A stretch of 64,000 nucleotides of DNA from assembly GCA_040006935.1 (NCBI GenBank), contig JBDTVZ010000001.1, forward strand, positions 423,772 through 487,771. Direction: 5' to 3'. Shown piece after piece: positions 58,634 through 64,000 of the stretch (its first letter is position 1; the number at the start of each line of letters is the position of its first letter). This DNA is from Candidatus Dojkabacteria bacterium. GTDB taxonomy: Bacteria; Patescibacteriota; Dojkabacteria; J137. A model generated the notes under the pieces. That model saw only the letters and a list, made by a program, of their open reading frames with translations, did no database searches and had not been told where the DNA came from. The position numbers and the translations under genes are program-made.

Positions 58634-59710
58634 TTATTTAATTAAATTAGCTAACTTTTTATATTTACCCTCTTCTGTTATTGATACTAACCCCTTTAAT
58701 TCTAGTTGAGATAAAGTTGTTAAAGTATCAGAAATATCACTTTGTGTTTTCAAACTTACTTCTTCAATATACATTGAATCAAACATGGCATTGTAAGTTC
58801 TACTCTCATTATCTGTCAAGTTTTCAATTAAAACGGTACTTACAGAACCTTGATAATTAACCATATTCATTGCGTTCAGAATATCATCAACAGAAGTAAT
58901 AAGTCTAGCCTTTCCTTCCTTTATTAGCTTATTTGTACCTAAACTTAAGTGGCTATTTATATTTCCTGGTAATGCGAAAACATGTTTATTAAATTTTCTA
59001 GCATGTTCTGCTGTAATTAAAGTTCCACTTTTGTCACCCGCTTCTATTATTAGTGTTGCCTCGGAAAGTCCTGCTACTATTCTATTTCTCGAAGCAAAAG
59101 AGTTTCTTAAGATAGGTTGGTTTGGTAGCGCATCTGAAATTACTAAACCTCCTTTATCTAATATAGACTTATAGATATCGATATTATTTATAGGTGTTGG
59201 GTTGTTGGGAGAAGAAGCTAATACTGCAATTGTCGGTCCGCCTGATTCCAGTGCTGCTAAATGTGCTTCTCTATCTATTCCAAAAGCCATGCCACTCACT
59301 ATTGTAAATCCATTATATGAAAGTTCCATCCCTAGCTTTCTGGTCATTTCACTTCCATATTTAGTAGGAGTTCTTGTTCCAACTATAGATATTGTCTTAT
59401 TAAACAATTCTTTTTTCCATTCGCCTTTATAAAAAATTAATGCTGGTGGAGATTTTAGTGACTTTAAACTTTCAGGATAAGTATTCTCTAGAACAAACGT
59501 ACAACTAATTCCTAACGAAGAGAGTTGATCAATAGAATCGTTATTATCATATTTAGAGTCGAGAATGCTATTGTCATTATCTAATAGGTCTAATTCGCCA
59601 TTATCGTTATTGGTTAATTTAGCTATATTGTCTAATATAATGCTATTTTTAACACATTCTTTTAATCTTAAATTTAGAACAATTCTTTTTATCTTTTCTA
59701 TATCTTCCAT
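58634..59710 (-). CDS. dprA: DNA-processing protein DprA
   Basis: IVGTR, IVSGMAFGID, RNRIVAGLS, SGTLITA. Confidence 0.95.
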   Translation of the reverse strand: MEDIEKIKRIVLNLRLKECVKNSIILDNIAKLTNNDNGELDLLDNDNSILDSKYDNNDSIDQLSSLGISCTFVLENTYPESLKSLKSPPALIFYKGEWKKELFNKTISIVGTRTPTKYGSEMTRKLGMELSYNGFTIVSGMAFGIDREAHLAALESGGPTIAVLASSPNNPTPINNIDIYKSILDKGGLVISDALPNQPILRNSFASRNRIVAGLSEATLIIEAGDKSGTLITAEHARKFNKHVFALPGNINSHLSLGTNKLIKEGKARLITSVDDILNAMNMVNYQGSVSTVLIENLTDNESRTYNAMFDSMYIEEVSLKTQSDISDTLTTLSQLELKGLVSITEEGKYKKLANLIK

Positions 59711-59713
59711 ACT

Positions 59714-61501
59714 CTATGCATCACATCCTGGAGCATCGTTAGCATAAACACACCTAACGTACTCTTTAAGTAAATTCCCAATGAGAAATCCTCCACCTCC
59801 ATATCTAAGGTGGAATGCAAAGGAATAGCTCTTACCGTTATAATCATAAGTACCTACAATCCAGCCATGTGTCCTGTAAATCTCTTGGCCGTCAATATTC
59901 TCATATGTTTCTGCAGTTCCTGTTTTTGCCCTTATATTCCCTGGTAAATTATTGAGAAAATAGTAAACAGTTCCCTCCGGGTTATTAGCAACCTGTGACA
60001 TACCACTATTTATTAACCTGAGCGTTTCATCGCTTATAGGTATTTGTTTTGCCACTATTGGCTCCGTCTGTTTCACTACATTTTTATATACATCTTGTAT
60101 ATCTTTTAGAATGTGAGGTTGATAGTAAACTCCTTTGTTAGCAATCGCAGAAGCTACCATGGCCATTTGAATAGGAGTTACTAAAACAGCACCTTGACCT
60201 ATTGCTGTATTGCAAGTATCACCATCAAACCAAGTAAGATTTAAGAAGTCTTTCCTATATTCCGGAGAATCCATATTTCCTGCTGTTTCTCCTATTAAAT
60301 CAATATTAGTTTTAGAGCCAATGCTAAACAAGTTAGCTGAATTTTTAAAAGGTGTAAACCCACTATTTGCATTCTGTGCTAACAAAAAATTGCAGAAGAA
60401 CATATTACTAGATTTATATAAAGCTCTTTCAACATTCATATTTCCATAAGACAATTTGCCATACTCACAGAAGTTGTATCCTCCTCCTAAATCTAGGCAT
60501 CTATTTGAGAAGAAGTATGAATCTTTATCAATCACTTTATTCTCTAGCAAGTCAAATGCCGTTATTATTTTGAAAATAGAACCTGGGGCATCGGCAGTTC
60601 CGATTGCTTTATCATTGAATGGTGCACTTCTATCTGTTATTAACTTATCGTAGTCCTCTGTACTTATGCCTGTTAGGAAATCATTAGTATTTATACCTGG
60701 GTAGCTTGCTAGAGCCACTACCTCTCCGTTAGAATCATCAATAACAACACCGCCACCGCCTGCTGCATTATTCTCTTCGTTATGCTTTTGAAGTAGTCTA
60801 TAAAGTAATTGTTGCAAATTATTATCGATAGTAAGTGTTATATCATCTCCTGGTTCAGGATTTTCTTGAACCTCAACATCTCCAACGTAGTATTTTTTAC
60901 CCTTTGTACCTTTTAATTCGTTTTCATATTGTGCTTCTAATTTGTATTTACCTATAAAATCATCTGGGGCATATCCATTATCTATATCTTCTTGGCTCAC
61001 TTTGCCTTCGTAGCCTATTAAATGAGTAGTTTGCAATGGATAGTTATATGTTCTTCGAGTATCAAATGAAACGCTATAAAATGAATCTGCAGCGTAGTTA
61101 TCTTTAAATAGTTTTTCCTGAGCCTCAGTAAAGTCATTTAAAGTGACAGTTTGAAGATCTTTATTATTAAGATCATCAATCACCTTATCATTAGAGGTAA
61201 AATTCAATTTATTCTCAATAATAAAATTAGCTAACTTTGCTATTTTCTCATCATCAAAATTTGTTTTATCAATCGATATACTGTAAATATTCTCACTACC
61301 AGTAAGAGGAACTCCGTTTCTATCATAGAAATTACCTCTTTTAGGCTTCAACTCTATTTCTCCTAAGTTTAGGTCTATAGATTTAGTTACAAACTCGCGC
61401 GCAGAAAGTTGCAAAGTTAAGGAGTAGATTGAGAACAAAATAAAAATTCCCAAAGCCCCCACGGTCACAAAATAACTTTTATTATTATTTCCCTCATTCA
61501 T
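59714..61501 (-). CDS. mrdA: class B penicillin-binding protein (PBP2/MrdA)
   Basis: RGNFYDRNG, SIFK, SSN, KTGTAE. Confidence 0.88.
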   Translation of the reverse strand: MNEGNNNKSYFVTVGALGIFILFSIYSLTLQLSAREFVTKSIDLNLGEIELKPKRGNFYDRNGVPLTGSENIYSISIDKTNFDDEKIAKLANFIIENKLNFTSNDKVIDDLNNKDLQTVTLNDFTEAQEKLFKDNYAADSFYSVSFDTRRTYNYPLQTTHLIGYEGKVSQEDIDNGYAPDDFIGKYKLEAQYENELKGTKGKKYYVGDVEVQENPEPGDDITLTIDNNLQQLLYRLLQKHNEENNAAGGGGVVIDDSNGEVVALASYPGINTNDFLTGISTEDYDKLITDRSAPFNDKAIGTADAPGSIFKIITAFDLLENKVIDKDSYFFSNRCLDLGGGYNFCEYGKLSYGNMNVERALYKSSNMFFCNFLLAQNANSGFTPFKNSANLFSIGSKTNIDLIGETAGNMDSPEYRKDFLNLTWFDGDTCNTAIGQGAVLVTPIQMAMVASAIANKGVYYQPHILKDIQDVYKNVVKQTEPIVAKQIPISDETLRLINSGMSQVANNPEGTVYYFLNNLPGNIRAKTGTAETYENIDGQEIYRTHGWIVGTYDYNGKSYSFAFHLRYGGGGFLIGNLLKEYVRCVYANDAPGCDA

Positions 61502-61703
61502 AAAATTTAGCTAACTTTGCTACTTTTAATACTAGAACTTGTATTTACGATGATATTATTAAGATACATTAGAAAACCCTGTTCCCTAGACTGGTAAATT
61601 CTATATAATCCTAGCTATGATTTATATTCCAATTCGGACATAACTTTAGATCGTTCCTTATGCTTCTATCTGGCTAGCAAATCCGGGAAAAATTAGCTAA
61701 GAT

Positions 61704-62759
61704 TCATCTCAAAATAAAATCTTGAATCTGGATTTTATCTAGCAAATCTTTTCGTTTAATCAATTTTCTCAAACCTTTAATTACAGAGAAAATTGGATCT
61801 TCTGGAACAAAAACAGGCACCTTTAGCTTCGATGAAATAAATTTATCTAACCCTTCAATAAGCGCTCCGCCGCCAGTTAAACAAATTCCGTTAAGAATTA
61901 AGTCCGAAACTATTTCGGACGGAGCCTTTTCCATCGCCTCTTTTATAGACATTACAAGTTCTTCTATTACAGGCATAATAGCTTCGTTCAACTCGCCCGT
62001 CGTTATCTCAAGGCTATTAGGCAAACCACTTAATAAATCCTGTCCCCTTACAGAAATCTTTTCTTTATTAGCAGAAACTATTGCTGTGCCTTTAGAAATT
62101 TTTATATCCTCAGCCATTTTCACTGGAATAAGCAGATTGTACTTCGACTTAATGTATTCAACTATAGCTCTATCCATATTATCTCCACCTTTTTTCACGG
62201 TATTATCTATTAAAATGCTTCCCATTGAGATTATTGCAATGTCAGTAGTACCACCCCCAATATCAACAATCATAGAGGCTGTAGCTTCGTCTATCTTTAA
62301 ATTTGAACCAATTGCGGCGGCCATTGGCTCCTCAACCACATAAACTCTACCCGCACCGGCTTGCTTTGCAGAATCCATTACAGCTTTAATTTCCACCTCC
62401 GTTATGAGCGAGGGAACTCCAATTATTACAGTGGGCTTTATAAGTTTAGAAGTTATCTTAAGACTTTTCCCTACTTTCTTAATAAAATAGCTAATAATAG
62501 CTTCGCATGAGTTAAAGTCCGAAATTACACCCGCCTTCAAAGGCTGAATCGCCACTATATTCCCAGGAGTTCTTCCAATCATCTTACGAGCTTCCAGCCC
62601 AACAGCCATAACTTTATTATTACTTTTATTTAACGCCACGACAGAGGGCTCTTTGATAACTTCTTTTTCTCCACCAACAAGTACTCTGATATTCGCAGTA
62701 CCTAAGTCTATCGCAATTTGTGATGAAAATTTATCAATAAAGTTATTTAACTTAGACAT
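61704..62759 (-). CDS. mreB: rod shape-determining protein MreB
   Basis: IDLGTAN, EPMAAAIG, DIGGGTT, LTGGGAL. Confidence 0.95.
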   Translation of the reverse strand: MSKLNNFIDKFSSQIAIDLGTANIRVLVGGEKEVIKEPSVVALNKSNNKVMAVGLEARKMIGRTPGNIVAIQPLKAGVISDFNSCEAIISYFIKKVGKSLKITSKLIKPTVIIGVPSLITEVEIKAVMDSAKQAGAGRVYVVEEPMAAAIGSNLKIDEATASMIVDIGGGTTDIAIISMGSILIDNTVKKGGDNMDRAIVEYIKSKYNLLIPVKMAEDIKISKGTAIVSANKEKISVRGQDLLSGLPNSLEITTGELNEAIMPVIEELVMSIKEAMEKAPSEIVSDLILNGICLTGGGALIEGLDKFISSKLKVPVFVPEDPIFSVIKGLRKLIKRKDLLDKIQIQDFILR

Positions 62760-63097
62760 ATTTATTAGTGAAATTCAGAATATTAATACTTTAAATATAG
62801 CATAAACAAATATTCTATTTAAGGAAATTTGAAATTGATGACATTTGGAGGTTACTCAGCAATCAGATTAGGCCCTGTTACAGCCTATTTAAAAGCACAG
62901 ATTGCTCGTGCAGCGTTCAAGGCTTTACTCCCAAATATCTGAACATAATTAGCTGAAACATTCGCTTGATGAATCCGTACTTTTGAATCCAAAAAAAATT
63001 GGTTTTCGATATTTACAGTTCCGATTACTAGTACTTTTAATTTTCTGTTATTCGTATTCATTACTGAGGATTATACTTGAAGAAACAATTTGAAGAA

Positions 63098-63170
63098 AGC
63101 CAAGTTCGGGAATCGAACCCGAGACCTCACCCTTACCATGGGTGTGCTCTACCATCTGAGCTAACTTGGC
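63098..63170 (-). tRNA. tRNA-Thr(GGT)
   Basis: GCCAAGT/ACTTGGC acceptor stem; CACCC-ATGGTAA-GGGTG. Confidence 0.95.
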
Positions 63171-63280
63171 ATTAAAAAAGTTGAAAAGTTTTAAGGTTAC
63201 AAAGTTCTAAAGTTAGAAATACCAACTTATCATATCAACTTTTTAACATTTCAACATTTCAACTTTAAAACACACTTATA

Positions 63281-63355
63281 TCGGGAGAGAAGGATTTGAA
63301 CCTCCGATTTTACCGATTTACAGTCGGTTGCGATTGACCACTCCGCCATCTCCCG
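63281..63355 (-). tRNA. tRNA-Tyr(GTA) with C1-G72 and no long variable arm
   Basis: CGGGAGA/TCTCCCG-A acceptor; ACCGA-CTGTAAA-TCGGT; 6-nt variable region. Confidence 0.92.
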
Positions 63356-63431
63356 TGCTCAGCCTAATTCTTAATCTTTGCCTTTCCCTTAATTCTTAGG
63401 AAAAGAATTAAGATTAAGAATTTAGGATATA

Positions 63432-63504
63432 AGCCGCCTGGGGGACTCGAACCCTCGACCCACTGTTTACAAAACAGTTGCTCTACCAGCTGAGCTAAGG
63501 CGGC
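63432..63504 (-). tRNA. tRNA-Thr(TGT)
   Basis: GCCGCCT/AGGCGGC acceptor; ACTGT-TTTGTAA-ACAGT. Confidence 0.95.
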
Positions 63505-63660
63505 AATAAATCCTTACCAGTTTCCGTTTGTAGACAATAAATCACTGAGAACTGATTACTGACTTCTGATAACTGCCCTGGAAGTATATCATATTTTTAG
63601 CTTGTAAAGTTAGCCTAAATCTATTAAAATCACTCAGTCTAATTTGATTATGAAAATTTT

Positions 63661-63903
63661 ATGGCACGAGTTTGCGAATTAACAGGAAAAAAAACATCTT
63701 TCGGAGGAAACCACAAACATAGAAGAGGTTCTTCAGGAGGAGGAGGAGTTTGGCAACATAAAGCACAGAACACTAATAGAACTTGGAAACCAAACTTACG
63801 AAAAGTTAAGTTGACTATCAACGGCCGTTCTAGAAGAGTTAAGATCTCTATGAAAGCTTACAAAAAGCTTAAGAAAATGGCTGAGGTTCAAATGGCAGCC
63901 TAA
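63661..63903 (+). CDS. rpmB: 50S ribosomal protein L28
   Basis: MARVCELTGK...GGN...RTWKPNL. Confidence 0.93.
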   Translation: MARVCELTGKKTSFGGNHKHRRGSSGGGGVWQHKAQNTNRTWKPNLRKVKLTINGRSRRVKISMKAYKKLKKMAEVQMAA

Positions 63904-63924
63904 ACTAAGCTGAACTCAAATCTT

Positions 63925-63955
63925 GAAACATCCCTTTTCAGGGATGTTTTCTTTT
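63925..63955 (+). terminator. intrinsic terminator after rpmB
   Basis: AAACATCCCT-TTTC-AGGGATGTTT then T-rich tail. Confidence 0.8.
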
Positions 63956-63962
63956 ATATACG

Positions 63963-63991
63963 TTGACTCAAATAAATTAAAACTCTAAAAT
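63963..63991 (+). promoter_or_regulatory. sigma70 promoter for a gene beyond the window
   Basis: TTGACT-17 nt-TAAAAT. Confidence 0.6.
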
Positions 63992-64000
63992 TACACAAAT

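Noticed and set aside
61221-61527. TTAGCTAACTTTGCTA repeated inside mrdA and just upstream of its start
   Set aside because: 16-bp AT-rich match with no supporting structure; a similar string also occurs at the end of dprA, so chance cannot be excluded
1-64000. CRISPR array, rRNA, reverse transcriptase, transposase or alternative genetic code
   Set aside because: No regularly spaced repeat-spacer array or such protein motifs seen; TGA terminates several clear genes (rsmD, rnc, topA, mreB)

Overview
AT-rich bacterial chromosome segment read with the standard code (TGA is used as a stop). Gene content, many apparently leaderless starts, CCA-less tRNAs and a C1-G72 tRNA-Tyr without a variable arm point to a Patescibacteria/CPR genome; Dojkabacteria or Microgenomates-like is an inference. 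The window is mostly housekeeping: recG, rsmD, rpmF, nusB, rnc, rpsP, a 13-gene type IV pilus cluster, gyrB/gyrA, ruvCAB, dnaB, prfA, rpsF-ssb-rpsR, dnaX-ybaB-recR, rpsB-tsf, frr, mreB-mrdA-dprA-topA, rpmB and 4 tRNAs. It also has a Doc-type toxin-antitoxin pair, an atypical Ser/Thr kinase and several orphan genes. A good dif-like site at 28881-28908 lies near the point where gene orientation converges, so this is probably the replication terminus. Intergenic spaces hold nested mosaics of several palindromic repeat families. The most unusual element is at 55.06-55.95 kb: three tiny ORFs of 44, 48 and 24 aa that the ORF track misses. Each has an AAGGAG Shine-Dalgarno and the same predicted RNA layout: 5' hairpin, a helix pairing the segment before the SD with the stop-codon region, then a GC-rich 3' hairpin. 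Two of the peptides are clear diverged paralogues, and the island is bracketed by ~270-310 bp composite inverted repeats. No CRISPR array, rRNA, transposase or integrase was seen.
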